Positions 19,113 through 29,463 of a DNA stretch of 64,000 nucleotides are shown here, piece by piece. The position numbers and the translations under genes are program-made. The notes under the pieces were generated by a model. That model was not told where the DNA came from and did not search any database. It saw only the letters and a list, made by a program, of their open reading frames with translations. Origin of the DNA: Candidatus Latescibacterota bacterium (GTDB taxonomy: Bacteria; Latescibacterota; UBA2968; GCA-2709665); assembly GCA_963662665.2 (NCBI GenBank), contig CAXXJS010000040.1, forward strand, positions 256,001-320,000, given 5' to 3'. Numbering within the stretch: the stretch's first letter is position 1; the number at the start of each line of letters is the position of its first letter.

Positions 19113-20249
19113 TCACGGTGCCCCGAGAACCTCACGCAATCGATCACCCACGACCTCCAGATCCTCGTCCGTCAACGTGGGCACCGACACGTGGAGCGCA
19201 TCTGCGGAATTCCCCAGCACGACGCTGGGCCGTCCCTCCTTCAGTTCGGCCAGGACCTGCGACAGGGATTTTCCCAGGGCCTTCCCGTCGAACCGGATCA
19301 GCAGCCCGCTGCCGAGCCCGCGTTTTTCCGTCACGTGTTCCACCTGGATGTTTGGAACTCCGTTCAGTGAGCGGAACAGTTGGACGGCCTTGCGCCGGTG
19401 ATCGGCGAAACGCGCCTCGTGGTCCATTTCAAACCATTCCTTCAACGCGGCCGTCACGGCGATCACCTCCTGGCGGTCCACCTTCAGAGGGCGGCCCACG
19501 GTTCGCCGCTCCTCGGTTTCGAATCCGATAAAACCCTGCACGAAAGCTGCGTCCACCAGGTCTTTCCGTCCGCACATGATCCCCGTGGAGTTGCACGCGC
19601 CGAAATATTTCGCGCCGTATCCCACCACGTCCGCGCCCATCCGGGGGTACCGGCACATCACGTCCAGCGGGAATACCTGGGAGGCCGCATCCACAATCAC
19701 CGCAACGCCGCGGTCCCTCGCGATCGCCAAAGCGTCCTCCAGAGGGACGACGCCCGCCCCGCCGCCCGGCGCAACGTAGAGAAGCCCCGCCGTCCGCCCG
19801 CTCATCGCCTCCCGCAGTTGGGCCGCGGTCGTGCCGTTCTCGTCCCCCACCTCCACCAGCTTTCCGCCGTAAACCGTCACGCAACGTTCGTACTTGTATC
19901 GCTGCCTGGACTGAATCAGAAACTCGTTCGGCATGCCGGTTGTGTCGGGCAACCGCTCCATCCTGGCGGGGTCGTTTCCCGTCATGCACGCCGCCGACCC
20001 CAGCGCGAGCACCGAGGCGCAACCGGGTGTGACCAGCGCCGCCTCCGCCCCCAGCATCCCGGCAATCACCTCGCCCGACCGCTTCAGCAGTTCCTTCATA
20101 TCCACAAAATACCGGTTCGCGTCCTGCATGGCCCGGAGCACCGTGGGAGACAGGCGCGAACCACCCAGTACGGTCTGGCTTCCCATCGCATTGATTACAG
20201 GATTCACACCCAGGTCTTCGTAGATCCGGCGTCCTCTTTCGCTGTCCAT
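19113..20249 (-). CDS. SelA-like/DgaE-like PLP-dependent enzyme
   Basis: LGVNPVINAMG..TVLGGS, VIVDAA and GAKY (PLP Lys) motifs; about 378 aa. Confidence 0.85.
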   Translation of the reverse strand: MDSERGRRIYEDLGVNPVINAMGSQTVLGGSRLSPTVLRAMQDANRYFVDMKELLKRSGEVIAGMLGAEAALVTPGCASVLALGSAACMTGNDPARMERLPDTTGMPNEFLIQSRQRYKYERCVTVYGGKLVEVGDENGTTAAQLREAMSGRTAGLLYVAPGGGAGVVPLEDALAIARDRGVAVIVDAASQVFPLDVMCRYPRMGADVVGYGAKYFGACNSTGIMCGRKDLVDAAFVQGFIGFETEERRTVGRPLKVDRQEVIAVTAALKEWFEMDHEARFADHRRKAVQLFRSLNGVPNIQVEHVTEKRGLGSGLLIRFDGKALGKSLSQVLAELKEGRPSVVLGNSADALHVSVPTLTDEDLEVVGDRLREVLGAP

Positions 20250-20476
20250 ACGCACCCCTTTATTGGCAGACAATCCGCAGGGAAAAGCTCGCAAGATAAG
20301 GGACTCCCTTTGCCTCTGACAACGCCGTTAAGATAGCCTTCCTACTATTGTCGATCAATTCCTTTCTGTCCACACGCAAAACAACGAAAGACGACCACAA
20401 TGGCCGACCCTGTCCGCGATTGGACATCTTCACGATGGATTAACCCGATTACCCGACCGCTCAGCGACGGACGACG

Positions 20477-21613
20477 TCATCTCTCGCTGACGGGTTCCCA
20501 TCGGCGGCCCGTCGCGCCGACGTATTCCGCCCGCGGCCGTATAATCCGATCCTGCGCCTTCTGCTCGAGTCCGTGCGCCGTCCACCCGCCAACGCGCCCC
20601 ACCGCAAACGTGGGCGTGAACAACGCGGACGGCAGACCCAGCCCGTGCAGCAGCAGCGCCGTATAGTACTCCACGTTCGTCTCCAGGTTCCTACCCGGTT
20701 TGTATTCGGCCAGCAGCCGCACGGCGGCCCGCTCCACCTCCCGGGCGAGATCGTACAGCTCCCTGTCGCCTTCAGACCGGAAGAATCGGGCCGCTTCCGC
20801 TGCGAGCACGTCCGCGCGCGGATCCCTCACATTGTAAACCGCGTGGCCGAACCCCATCAGCCGTTCACCGCGTTCCAGTTTCGCCCGCAGATAAGGTTCA
20901 ACGTTATCCCTGGTTCCGATCTCGAACACCATGTCCAGCGCCGGACCGGGCGCGCCGCCGTGCAGCGGTCCCTTTAGAGCGCCAAGGGCGCCCGTTACCG
21001 CCGAGGTCATGTCCGATCGCGTGGACACGATCACCCGTGCCGTAAACGTGGATGCATTCATCCCGTGATCCGTCACGGTGTTCAAATACGTTTCGATTGC
21101 GCGGTTTCGCGATGGGCCGGATTCTTCGCCGGTGAGCATGTACAGGTAATTCGCCGCATGCCCCAGGTCGCCGCGCGGCGCAATTGGCTCCGAACCGTTC
21201 AGCAACCGCCAGTACGCCGCGACCAACGTGGGAAACCGCGCCACAACCGTCAACGCACCGGTGCGTTCGTCCAAAGACGCAGGGCATCCGAGACTCAACG
21301 TACTTACGCCCATCCGAAGCGCGTCGATCACCGGCGCCCCCCCTGCCGCCGCCGCCCGAAGCAGCGAGATGGTCGCCTCGGGAAGCGGGCGGGCTATTGC
21401 CAGCGCCTCAGTGACCTCGTTCAATTGCCGGGCATCCGGAAGCCGATCGTTCCACAACAGGTGGAGCATCTCTTCGTATGATGCGTTGTGCGCCAGCGAT
21501 TCGAGAGGAAACCCGCCAACGATCAGCTCCCCGGCGTCGCCATCGATCCTGCTAAGCAGGGTCTGCGCGGCGACTACGCCTTTAAGGCCGGGAACATAGC
21601 CCTTTTCCGGCAT
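20477..21613 (-). CDS. Citrate/2-methylcitrate synthase family protein
   Basis: DHGMNASTF, GPLHGGA, MGFGHAVY, DPR and TNVEYY motifs. Confidence 0.9.
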   Translation of the reverse strand: MPEKGYVPGLKGVVAAQTLLSRIDGDAGELIVGGFPLESLAHNASYEEMLHLLWNDRLPDARQLNEVTEALAIARPLPEATISLLRAAAAGGAPVIDALRMGVSTLSLGCPASLDERTGALTVVARFPTLVAAYWRLLNGSEPIAPRGDLGHAANYLYMLTGEESGPSRNRAIETYLNTVTDHGMNASTFTARVIVSTRSDMTSAVTGALGALKGPLHGGAPGPALDMVFEIGTRDNVEPYLRAKLERGERLMGFGHAVYNVRDPRADVLAAEAARFFRSEGDRELYDLAREVERAAVRLLAEYKPGRNLETNVEYYTALLLHGLGLPSALFTPTFAVGRVGGWTAHGLEQKAQDRIIRPRAEYVGATGRRWEPVSER

Positions 21614-21707
21614 CTGAACCTCCTCCATTTGACGCGCATTCGCGCCGGGTTTGCGTACACCGTTACGTTTTTCCGGCAAATTTCGCTTGTATCCTGAATT
21701 CTATATA

Positions 21708-21743
21708 ATTGATATATATTGTCAATCTTGATTTTAAAATCAA
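21708..21743. promoter_or_regulatory. Palindromic operators between the divergent citrate synthase genes
   Basis: ATTGA-N9-TCAAT (21708-21726) and the perfect palindrome TTGATTTTAAAATCAA (21728-21743). Confidence 0.6.
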
Positions 21744-21785
21744 TATATAGTATCTTTGTCATAATCGAAGAAAGGGAGTTGCGCC

Positions 21786-23027
21786 ATGAAGAACACTCGA
21801 TATCTCACCGCCAGGGAGGCTGCCGGCGAACTGAATATCGCCGTGGACAGTCTCTACGCCTACGTGAGCCGCGGACTGATCCGCTCCGAGGCAGTGGGGC
21901 GCAACCGTCGCTCTCGACGGTATTATGCCGACGACGTGCAGAAACTCAAGGCAAGAAAAAAGGGCCGTAGAGACCCGGAGACGATCGCGGAAGACGCCCT
22001 GCACGCGGGGGCGCCGGTACTCGAATCGGCCATTACACTCATCACCGACGACTGCGTCTACTACCGGGGTCGCAACGCCCTGGTCCTTGCCAGACACTGC
22101 AGCATCGAACAGGTAGCGGCGCTCATCTGGACGGGAAATCCCGAAACGGAGATTCCAGCGCCGGCCACTCCGGATGACAAGGCCTTTTCGGGGAGAATTC
22201 TTGGGGGCTTGCAACACGTTGCGGAACTGCGGCCCGTCGACGCCTTTCAGGTTCTGTTGCCCCTGGCTGCGACCGAAGATCTTTTTGCCTTTGACCTTCA
22301 TGCCCGTTCGGTCGTCCGGACCGGGAGCCGCATCCTCTACCTGCTCGCAGCCCTTGCGTCCGGAGGGGAAATCACGGCCGGAGGCATTGCCCGGAACCTT
22401 CAGCGCGCATGGGCCCCGGACGACGAACACGCCGCGTTCCTCATCAACGCCGCGCTGATTCTGTGCGCCGATCACGAACTTAATGCGTCTGCCTTCACCG
22501 CGCGATGCGTAGCCTCTACCGGTGCGACACCCTATTCCGTGGTGACGGCAGCCCTCAGCGCCTTTCAGGGATACAAACACGGCGGGGCCAGCGAACAGGT
22601 CGAGGCGCTCTTCCGCGAGATGGAAACGCAACCCGATGTCCGGCAGGCCTTGCTGGCCAGGCTCAAACGGGGCGAAACGCTACCTGGTTTCGGTCACGTG
22701 ATATACCGGGACGCCGACCCGCGGGGCAAACTGCTGCTCCGGTTGCTCCAGGAATCCCGCGGAGACCACCCCGATGTCCGCCTCGCGCTGACCACGGTCC
22801 GGGCCGCGGCCGAGGTCTCCAGCCTCCCGTTCAATGTCGACCTCGCGCTGGCCGCGCTCGCCCGCGTACTCAACCTGCCACCGGGTGGCGCGATGACGCT
22901 GTTCGCCCTGGGCAGAACCGTGGGCTGGATCGGTCACGCGATCGAACAGTACCGGATCGGACGGATCATCCGCCCGCGCGCCCGGTACGTGGGCGAACTC
23001 CCGGAGGAAACGGCATCGATCCGGTAA
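21786..23027 (+). CDS. Helix-turn-helix / citrate synthase fusion protein
   Basis: N-terminal YLTAREAA.EL....LYAYVSRGLI HTH, followed by DHELNAS, KHGG, GFGH and NVD motifs. Confidence 0.9.
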   Translation: MKNTRYLTAREAAGELNIAVDSLYAYVSRGLIRSEAVGRNRRSRRYYADDVQKLKARKKGRRDPETIAEDALHAGAPVLESAITLITDDCVYYRGRNALVLARHCSIEQVAALIWTGNPETEIPAPATPDDKAFSGRILGGLQHVAELRPVDAFQVLLPLAATEDLFAFDLHARSVVRTGSRILYLLAALASGGEITAGGIARNLQRAWAPDDEHAAFLINAALILCADHELNASAFTARCVASTGATPYSVVTAALSAFQGYKHGGASEQVEALFREMETQPDVRQALLARLKRGETLPGFGHVIYRDADPRGKLLLRLLQESRGDHPDVRLALTTVRAAAEVSSLPFNVDLALAALARVLNLPPGGAMTLFALGRTVGWIGHAIEQYRIGRIIRPRARYVGELPEETASIR

Positions 23028-23105
23028 GGCATGAAAAGCGGGGATCCCTTTCCCGATGAACTCGGTGGAATCCCCAGATTGTTCGCTTCTTTAGTTGCCT
23101 ATACT

Positions 23106-24251
23106 CTACAACCGCGGCCGGCTGCCCGTCCCGTACCCCACGAGTTCCACGTATCCCTGGCCAATTGGCTTGCCATCCGGGCCGGTGATATCCACCGCGC
23201 CCTCCCAGTAGAACATCGACTTGATCAACACGCTGCGATTCTCCTGGTCCGCCATCACGGGTCGTACCAACAACCGCAGATCCTCGCAGGGCAGCGTGAT
23301 CTCCCATCGCGACGGATACACGGCATCCGTCTCGGGGCTCCTCCAGGTCTCCGTTGCGCGAATGGAAAACGCCTCAGCCCCCAGATATCCGGCGTGACCT
23401 GAAGCCGAGACGATTGTCCCGTGCGAAAAATCCACGGCGCCCGAAGTGTCCCGCAGTACGTAAAGCATCGCCTCGCGGCCGTCGTCAAGCTGCAGGCTGA
23501 ACCAGTCCCACCCCACCTGATGGGCTTCGAGCTGGTTCGACCCGAACTCCTTGTCCATCCAGCTCTGGCCCGTTACCGCCAGCCGTTCGTCGCCCAGCCT
23601 GATCTCGCCCGATGTGGCAAGCCGCGTAAAGCTGTAGTACTGGCTGGCCGCATCATCTCCCCTACCCTTCTTACTGTATCCGCCCGGCCCCTGAAAGATC
23701 ATTGGCTTCGCCAGTCGGGTCGATAGCGAGAATCCCATGCGCTGCCCGCTGTCGGCCATCGAGAAGTCGAACCCGGACCCGTTCCAGCGCAGCGTCCACA
23801 GACCGTCTGTACCCGCCGGCGCCCTGCTCCAGGCGATAAGCGTATCGGGATACGCGCCGAACCCGCCCAGCAGCGGCGTGACCCGGTAAACTACCTCGCT
23901 GAAGAGATGGCGTTGCGATTCGTGATCGCCGATGGCCGCGTGGCCCATAATCAGAGTGCCGGTCGCCCACTCCGACGCCAGCGAGGGGCGCTGCGGCAAC
24001 AGCCCAACCCTGAAGAAGGTGAACTGGTACCCGAATCGCCGGCCGTCCTCCGACGACAGATGTCCCGTAAAATACCACCACTCCGTCTTGTATCCGTCAC
24101 GCGCCCAGTGATCGTGCGGGAAGGACCACGGATAGTCCGGCCGCGCGGTCTTCCACTCCTCGGCGTGGACCACGGGGGCGAGGGCGAGCAGGCAAAAAGC
24201 AAGCGCAGCCCTTATCTTGTCATTCCAGTGACGGGCGCGCTCCATTTCCAT
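23106..24251 (-). CDS. AttH-like lipocalin-domain secreted hydrolase (carotenoid 1,2-hydratase family)
   Basis: FP.DH, EWWYFTG, YYSF, SWMDKEF, GWDWFSLQL, YWEG and GYVEL.GY motifs. Confidence 0.9.
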   Translation of the reverse strand: MEMERARHWNDKIRAALAFCLLALAPVVHAEEWKTARPDYPWSFPHDHWARDGYKTEWWYFTGHLSSEDGRRFGYQFTFFRVGLLPQRPSLASEWATGTLIMGHAAIGDHESQRHLFSEVVYRVTPLLGGFGAYPDTLIAWSRAPAGTDGLWTLRWNGSGFDFSMADSGQRMGFSLSTRLAKPMIFQGPGGYSKKGRGDDAASQYYSFTRLATSGEIRLGDERLAVTGQSWMDKEFGSNQLEAHQVGWDWFSLQLDDGREAMLYVLRDTSGAVDFSHGTIVSASGHAGYLGAEAFSIRATETWRSPETDAVYPSRWEITLPCEDLRLLVRPVMADQENRSVLIKSMFYWEGAVDITGPDGKPIGQGYVELVGYGTGSRPRL

Positions 24252-24261
24252 GATCAATTTC

Positions 24262-24360
24262 ACAATTCGTGCGATTCGTCCTCCTGGTGTTCTTCGAGAT
24301 TCGTCCTTACGACAACGGTGCCCGCGATGAAGTCATGGATGGCGCGGCGCCTGCGGTTCG
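24262..24360 (-). pseudogene. RDD family protein C-terminal remnant
   Basis: LLTNRRRRAIHDFIAGTVVV with no intact upstream frame. Confidence 0.55.
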
Positions 24361-24450
24361 TGAGCAACGAGCGCCGAACCCATCAGGCATCCTCATCGAT
24401 GAGTTCAGAAGTTCAAACGACCCTATTGTCCAACTCTCCATCAGACGGTC

Positions 24451-24664
24451 TCAAGCGACCCCCAACACTCTGTTGAGCCTGTCGTCGAGCCCCTTAATGG
24501 CGGCCTGAATCGCATAGACCTCGCGTTCCTCGAAGTATGCCTCACCCCCTTTAATCGCTTACCAAGGCCGGCACGGTGTCGAGTACCAGGTGATACCCGT
24601 CGCGGTCAACATGGAAGGGCGCCTTTGAGCGTTGCATCTTTCCATGACAGTGGATACAATTCAT
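24451..24664 (-). pseudogene. YgiT/MqsA-type zinc-finger protein, frameshifted
   Basis: MNCIHCHGKM...LVLDTVPA.. shifts frame into GEAYFEEREV.AIQAAI; the second CxxC is destroyed. Confidence 0.7.
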
Positions 24665-26118
24665 CTTGAACTTTCCATTACCAACCCCTCGAAGCCCTCC
24701 CGCCCGCGGCGGAAGAGTTCCCTGACGTCTTCGCGCTGCCCGTCTGTGTTGTACCGGCCCCAGGTATCGATCCATTTCAGCGAGTCGTCGATTCCATCCA
24801 GGAAATACCGGGCGGATTCATTTCGTTCTGCAGGGGGGCGGCCGCACGCGAAATAGACCGGGCTGCCGTGGGCGTAGATGGACTGCCCGAAGCTGTCGCG
24901 CCCGTCGCCCCAGAGCCGCGCGGCGATCCACCCGTCCCTGTCGACCTCCACGCGGTGGCGGATGGCGCCCTCGCGTTTGCCTTCGGCATCGTTCTCGGCG
25001 TGAATGACGCGACCGTTCATTACGATTTCCGCGCGATGGACGGGATAGAAGGAATTGAAACTGACCTCGATATCCAGCGCGCCGCCGGCGGGGAGCTGGA
25101 CCGTCGCGCCCATTGGCTGATCGTTGACGGTCAGATCGATGGCGGGACCATTGGTGATGAAGGTATTGCCCGCCTTCATACCGGCAATCCAGTTTTCGTA
25201 GGAAAACGTTCCGCTGGTGTTGACGTACACGCGGTTGTTGGAGCAGACAAACCAGTCCGTTCCGGTGGACGCGGGAAGACGGATGCCGCAGTTGAGGAGC
25301 TTGTACCAGAGATCGTATTCGGGGTCCATCCAGAAGGGATCGAACAGATTGAAGGCGTCCAGCTTTCCCATCACCGCGGCAATCGGCGCCTCCATGCCCC
25401 TGCCGTTGTGGCACCAGATGACGATACCGCCCTGATCTCGGGCCTCGTCACAGCAGAAGCAAAGAGGAGGATAGTCAGGGTCGAACTGGGCGGTGAGGAT
25501 GTGGCCGCGGCTGACGGGCTGGACGAGGTTCCGAATGTTGAGAAACATCACGTGTCCGTACCCGAAACCCCAGGGCGAGTTCTCGCCGTAATGGCGGTTC
25601 TCTTCGCCGATGTCCAGGACGTGATGCGCGGTGGTGAAGTCATTCATCACGCCTATGGGATACTTGTTGCTGGCGTAGGGGAGTTGCCTCCTGTCCAGGA
25701 CGCTGACGACGGTCACGTTGTAGCCTTCTACGCTGCAGTCGATGGCCAACCGGTCATCCGGCCGGGTCTCCTTCTCGTCGTAGTGGATGTGGGTGTTGCC
25801 CGGGTACCAGTTATTCTCCTGTGGGAAATACCATCGATTGAGGCTGATTTCGACGTCTCTTGCGCCGTGTTCGGGCATGTCGACAACCGTGCGCAGGGGC
25901 TCGTATTCCGTCCCGCGTTCAACCAGAACGTCGGTGCGCCCGCGGCCGCCCCGGACCTCGAAGGAACCGTCGCAGAAGAAGAACGGCGTGCCCGGGCCAC
26001 GCTTCAGCACGGCCTCGCGCGGATGTGCAAATCGGCCATCGGAGGTCAGCACGTGAACCTTGGCGTCGATCTGCTCGCCAGTTGCGCTGTCAATGATATG
26101 CCCGTGCAGGATGCCCAT
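24661..26118 (-). CDS. CehA/McbA family PHP-like metallohydrolase
   Basis: ERGTEY, GNTHIH, GEE.RH, YGHV, IWCH, WYKLLNCG and STGTD motifs. Confidence 0.8.
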   Translation of the reverse strand: MGILHGHIIDSATGEQIDAKVHVLTSDGRFAHPREAVLKRGPGTPFFFCDGSFEVRGGRGRTDVLVERGTEYEPLRTVVDMPEHGARDVEISLNRWYFPQENNWYPGNTHIHYDEKETRPDDRLAIDCSVEGYNVTVVSVLDRRQLPYASNKYPIGVMNDFTTAHHVLDIGEENRHYGENSPWGFGYGHVMFLNIRNLVQPVSRGHILTAQFDPDYPPLCFCCDEARDQGGIVIWCHNGRGMEAPIAAVMGKLDAFNLFDPFWMDPEYDLWYKLLNCGIRLPASTGTDWFVCSNNRVYVNTSGTFSYENWIAGMKAGNTFITNGPAIDLTVNDQPMGATVQLPAGGALDIEVSFNSFYPVHRAEIVMNGRVIHAENDAEGKREGAIRHRVEVDRDGWIAARLWGDGRDSFGQSIYAHGSPVYFACGRPPAERNESARYFLDGIDDSLKWIDTWGRYNTDGQREDVRELFRRGREGFEGLVMESSR

Positions 26119-26284
26119 AGAGAACTCCAGGGAAAGAGTTTCAAGTTACAATGGTGCCGATCGTCCCCAACAGCCGCCGACGAATCCGCGCAGGTTCACT
26201 TCACACAGCCGGTGTCGAACGACACACACGCCACAAGGGTATCCTGACTCAGGCCGTCGCTGAGTACAATGCCACTGTGCCGGG

Positions 26285-27445
26285 CTACTCGCCAAACGCT
26301 TTCGCAAAGATCAGAAAATCGCCGAATCCTATGGTACCGTCCATGTCCAGATCAAACTGCGCATCAAATCCGGTGTCGCCCTGGTTCAATCCGAAATTCG
26401 CGGCAAACTGCACAAAGTCGGCAAAGTCGACGGGACCGCTGCCATCGAAGTCCGCATTGGCGGTTGGAGGGACGATGCGCGGCGCCAGATTCCACAACAC
26501 AATCGTGCTGTCCACGCTTCCACTGGCGAGAGTCCTCCCGTCGGGAGAAATCGCCACGCTAATGACAGGACCTGTGTGCCCTCGCAGTGTGGCTTTCTCC
26601 TTACCACTGACCACGTCCCACAATCGAACCGTATGATCTTCACCCCCACTCGCGAGAGTACTCCCGTCCGGTGAAAATGACAAAGAACCAACGTCCCCCG
26701 CATGCCCAATTAACAGGTTTCTTCGTCGACCGCTGTCCACGTCCCACAGTCGAATCGTAGCGTCCACGCTTCCGCCGGCGAGAATCCTCCCGTCAGGTGA
26801 GAACGCCACGGACGAAATCCCACGCTGATGACCCCAGAACGTCGCCTTCTGCTGACCCCTGTCCACGTCCCACAATCGAATCACACCGTCACGTCCTCCA
26901 CTGGCGAGAGTCCTCCCGTCGGGTGAGAACGTCACGTAATAAAGACTCAAACCCTGCCCGCGCAGTATGGCTCTCTCCTGACCGCTGGCCACATCCCACA
27001 ACAGAATATCCACGAGGCAGACTGCGAGTGTACTTCCATCCGGAGAGTACGACAAGGAGACGGGAACACTTAAATATCCCTGTAGCGACGCCTTTTCCTT
27101 AAGGCTGGCTACGTCCCACAACCGAACGACTCCGCTGGCACTGGCCAGGGTTCTCCCATCCGGCGAGAACGACACGGCATAGACATACCAACTATTCCCC
27201 GTAAGCCTGGCCTGCTCCCGTCCACCGGCCACGTCCCACAATCGAATCGTGCGGTCCCAACTGCCACTGGCGAGTGTACTTCCCTCCGGCGAGAACGACA
27301 AGGACCAAACCCGACCGGTATGCCCTCGAAGTGTGGCGCCGCGTTCGGGAAAACCGTTGGGACTATTGTCTTGAGCGAGGCTGCTCTGTGTCGACAGGAC
27401 ACACACGAACAGGACGGCAATTTCGAATCTATAGCTCTTTTTCAT
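26285..27445 (-). CDS. Secreted WD40-repeat protein with C-terminal dockerin/EF-hand-like domain
   Basis: Signal peptide; about 7 GH...FSPDG.TLASG..D.TIRLWD repeats; DFDGSGPVDFADF...DLDMDGTIGFGDF tail. Confidence 0.95.
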   Translation of the reverse strand: MKKSYRFEIAVLFVCVLSTQSSLAQDNSPNGFPERGATLRGHTGRVWSLSFSPEGSTLASGSWDRTIRLWDVAGGREQARLTGNSWYVYAVSFSPDGRTLASASGVVRLWDVASLKEKASLQGYLSVPVSLSYSPDGSTLAVCLVDILLWDVASGQERAILRGQGLSLYYVTFSPDGRTLASGGRDGVIRLWDVDRGQQKATFWGHQRGISSVAFSPDGRILAGGSVDATIRLWDVDSGRRRNLLIGHAGDVGSLSFSPDGSTLASGGEDHTVRLWDVVSGKEKATLRGHTGPVISVAISPDGRTLASGSVDSTIVLWNLAPRIVPPTANADFDGSGPVDFADFVQFAANFGLNQGDTGFDAQFDLDMDGTIGFGDFLIFAKAFGE

Positions 27446-27803
27446 AGGCTGACCCTTTCTTTCGACAGATTTGGACCTCTCCTCCGACACGTTCAGAAAT
27501 AGCTCTCAGCTATCAGTGGTCAGCTGTCGGCCACAAACAAAAACTGAATCCGGTGACGTCGACGCCACAATGCGGGCGACCGCGACAGGCGGACCTCTCG
27601 CCCCGGCCCTTCTCCTAAGAGCGGTGAGACGTGAGACGTGAGACGGTAGAAGAAATCCTTGCCCGATCTGCTCTTCCTCAAGGCCTCCGGTCTGATCTTC
27701 TGATCTGAAAACTCACAGGGCAGGCAATCTCGCCCGGCTTTCCTCTCCCGGCCATAAGGCGACCTCGCCCACAGCCCCCCCGTCATGTCACCTTCACGCC
27801 AGA

Positions 27804-28964
27804 CTACCCGCCGAAGGCTTGCGCAAAGTTCAGAAAATCATCGAATCCAATGGCGCCGTCGCCGTCTATATCATAACCTGTATAATACCCGACGTCGCCA
27901 AAACTCAACCCGAAATGCGCGGCAAACTGCAAAAAGTCGGCGAAGTCAACGGCGCCACTGCCATCGAAGTCCGGATTGGCGGGCTGAGGGGTTATATGCG
28001 GAGACATATTCCACAGGACAATCGTGCCGTCCCTACTCGCGCTGGCGAGAATCCTCCCGTCCGGCGAGAACAAGACGGTACCAACCGAACCCGTATGCCC
28101 TCGGAGTGTGGCCTTCTCCTTTCCGCTGGCCAGATCCCACAATCGAACCGTATGGTCTCTCCCTCCGGTGGCGAGAGTACTCCCATCCGGTGAGAACGAG
28201 AAGGACGAAACCGAGCCCTCAGGCCCTTGTAATGTTGCCTTCCTCCGTCCGGTGGCCACATCCCGCAAACGTACCGTATCGTTTCCACTGCCGCTTGCGA
28301 GAATACGCCCGTCCGGAGAGAACAACACGGTACCAACCGCACCCGCGTTATCCCAAAACGTGGCTATCTGCTGACCCGTGTCCGCGTCCCACAATCGAAC
28401 CGAGGTGTCATTGCCTCCGCTGGCAAGCGTTCGCCCATCAGGTGAGAACGTCACGGTAAAAGCACTGGGCGAATGACCTCGCAGCCTGGCCTACTCCCAA
28501 CGGCTGGCCACGTCCCACAAATGAATGTCTGACAGACAGGCGGCGAGCGTGCTTCCATCCGGCGAAAACGTCAAGGCAAAAAAAGCCCTCGTATGCCCGT
28601 CCAGCGGCGCCTTCTGCTGACCGCTGGCCACGTCCCACAATCGAACGTCTTCGTTGCTGCTGGCCAGGGTTTTCCCGTCCGGCGAAAACGCCACGGAATT
28701 GACAAGCCCCGTGTGCCCCGTCAGTCTGGACTTCTCCCGAAATGCGACCACGTCCCACAATCGGACCGTCGCGTCATTACTCCCACTGGCAAGGGTTCGC
28801 CCATCCGGCGAAAACGACACGGACCAAACCCCCGAGATATGGCTTCGCAGAGTGATGCGGCCTTCGTCCAAACTGATGGGATTATAGTCTTGAGCGAGGC
28901 TGTTCTGCACCAGCAGGACGAAGACATACAGGACGGCAAGACCGAATCTATTGCTCTCTTTCAT
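27804..28964 (-). pseudogene. WD40 paralog interrupted by an in-frame TAG
   Basis: ORFs 28491-28964 and 27804-28454 are in the same frame, separated by TAG at 28491-28493. Colinear with 26285-27445. Confidence 0.85.
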
Positions 28965-29047
28965 AGGATACCCCTTTCCTTAGCAAATGTGGATGAATCC
29001 GCGTTTTCTCCAAAGCAACGCGCTGGTGGCCCGAACTCAATCGCGTC

Positions 29048-29207
29048 GTCGCAGAAGTAAAACGGCGTGCCGCGGCATGCATTAGCACCGCCTTGCGAGG
29101 ATGCGCAAAGCCGCCGTCGGAACCCAGCACGTGAACCCTGGCGCCGATCTGCTCGCCGGTCGCGTCGGCGATGATATTCCCTCGCAGGATGCCCATAGAG
29201 AACTCCG
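29048..29207 (-). pseudogene. 5' fragment duplicate of the CehA/McbA-like gene
   Basis: RBS + MGILRGNII.DATGEQI.A.VHVL.SDG.FAHP matches the start of 24661-26118. Confidence 0.85.
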
Positions 29208-29387
29208 GGGGCTGGTGTGTACGGTCAGATAGATTGGCTCGTGTAAGGGGCTGGCCAGGTAGAGGAAGAAGCCATATTCAACCTCAACTGTCCATACATG
29301 TCCTTATTGGAGAAACACGAATAAAGCGGATGTTCCGAGTGGCAGTATCGCGGCTTTTTAGTGTCCGATCAAACCCAACATCTACCG

Positions 29388-29416
29388 TTGACAAATCAAT
29401 CAACAGCGGATATATT
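29388..29416 (+). promoter_or_regulatory. sigma70 promoter of the RM fusion gene with an overlapping inverted repeat
   Basis: TTGACA-N17-TATATT; GTTGA-N8-TCAAC overlaps the -35 box. Confidence 0.7.
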
Positions 29417-29463
29417 AGCATAGTCAAGTTCGACTGAATCTTATTTCCAAGCAGACTTCATCA

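Noticed and set aside
19113-20249. Calling this gene (or 62541-63656) selA because selD is nearby
   Set aside because: Both are about 375 aa, lack the SelA N-terminal domain and HxSN motif, and fit the DgaE-like subgroup.
27626-27645. GAGACGT x3 short tandem repeat
   Set aside because: Too short to assign a function.
28491-28493. Pyrrolysine/amber recoding in the WD40 paralog
   Set aside because: It is a non-catalytic repeat position in a pseudogene-rich region, and TAG is used as a normal stop elsewhere in the window.
26285-28964. Regularly spaced ACGTCCCACAATCGAA repeats as a CRISPR array or DGR
   Set aside because: The spacing of about 126 nt is the coding periodicity of WD40 repeats; no cas or RT genes are present.
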